A stretch of 33,440 bases of DNA, taken from contig NW_021832036.1 in NCBI RefSeq assembly GCF_006345805.1, forward strand, positions 1 through 33,440, written 5' to 3'. The position numbers and the translations under genes are program-made. The DNA is from Octopus sinensis. Its lineage: Eukaryota. This document shows, piece after piece, positions 33,106 through 33,440 of the stretch; within the stretch, counting starts at the first letter, position 1; each line of letters starts with the position of its first letter. The notes under the pieces are model-generated. The model saw only the letters and a list, made by a program, of their open reading frames with translations, was not told the origin of the DNA and made no database searches.

Positions 33106-33440
33106 TACTTGATAGTAGAGTATGTTTGTATAGCGAAATATACAAACCATACCAGCAATGAAAATCTCGTTTATGGAATAAACACAGTTAAATTGATTAT
33201 TTTGATTTATCTTCATATCAAATGAGATACATTGAATATACTGACAGAAATTCTTAGTGATAAAAATCCCTATTACGTTTAAAGCAGGAACGGTTAATTT
33301 CATTTGCATTAAATATTGATTATAATATATTAAATATTTATTATTATGTATTAAATATCTGTTACTATAAATTGAATATTTGTTATAAAGAATTAAATAT
33401 TTATTATAAGGAATTAAATATTTATTACAATGAAATAAAT

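Overview
AT-rich, microsatellite-saturated animal genomic DNA with no confidently identifiable host exon. The SINE families and repeat make-up look like an octopus (coleoid cephalopod) genome; this is recognition from memory, not a database result. Nearly all listed ORFs are microsatellite or SINE artefacts. The real coding remnants are all transposon pseudogenes: an internally deleted R4/Dong-like non-LTR retrotransposon (RT with YMDD, zinc knuckle, restriction-like endonuclease; 8618-10308), a CR1/L2-type LINE 3' end, and maT-, Tc1- and mariner-type transposase fragments. Non-coding content includes three tRNA-derived SINE groups, two non-autonomous Helitrons, several Tc1/mariner MITEs and a long-TIR foldback element. 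The most notable signal is nine minimal type I hammerhead-ribozyme-like folds of the kind associated with Penelope-like elements (PLEs). Four of them lie in two ~450-590 bp insertions sharing one architecture: head-to-head inverted arms, an extra 33-47 nt on one arm only, and exact 14-bp flanking direct repeats. One of these also has a tRNA-derived Pol III head, i.e. a candidate ribozyme-bearing SINE mobilised by PLE machinery.
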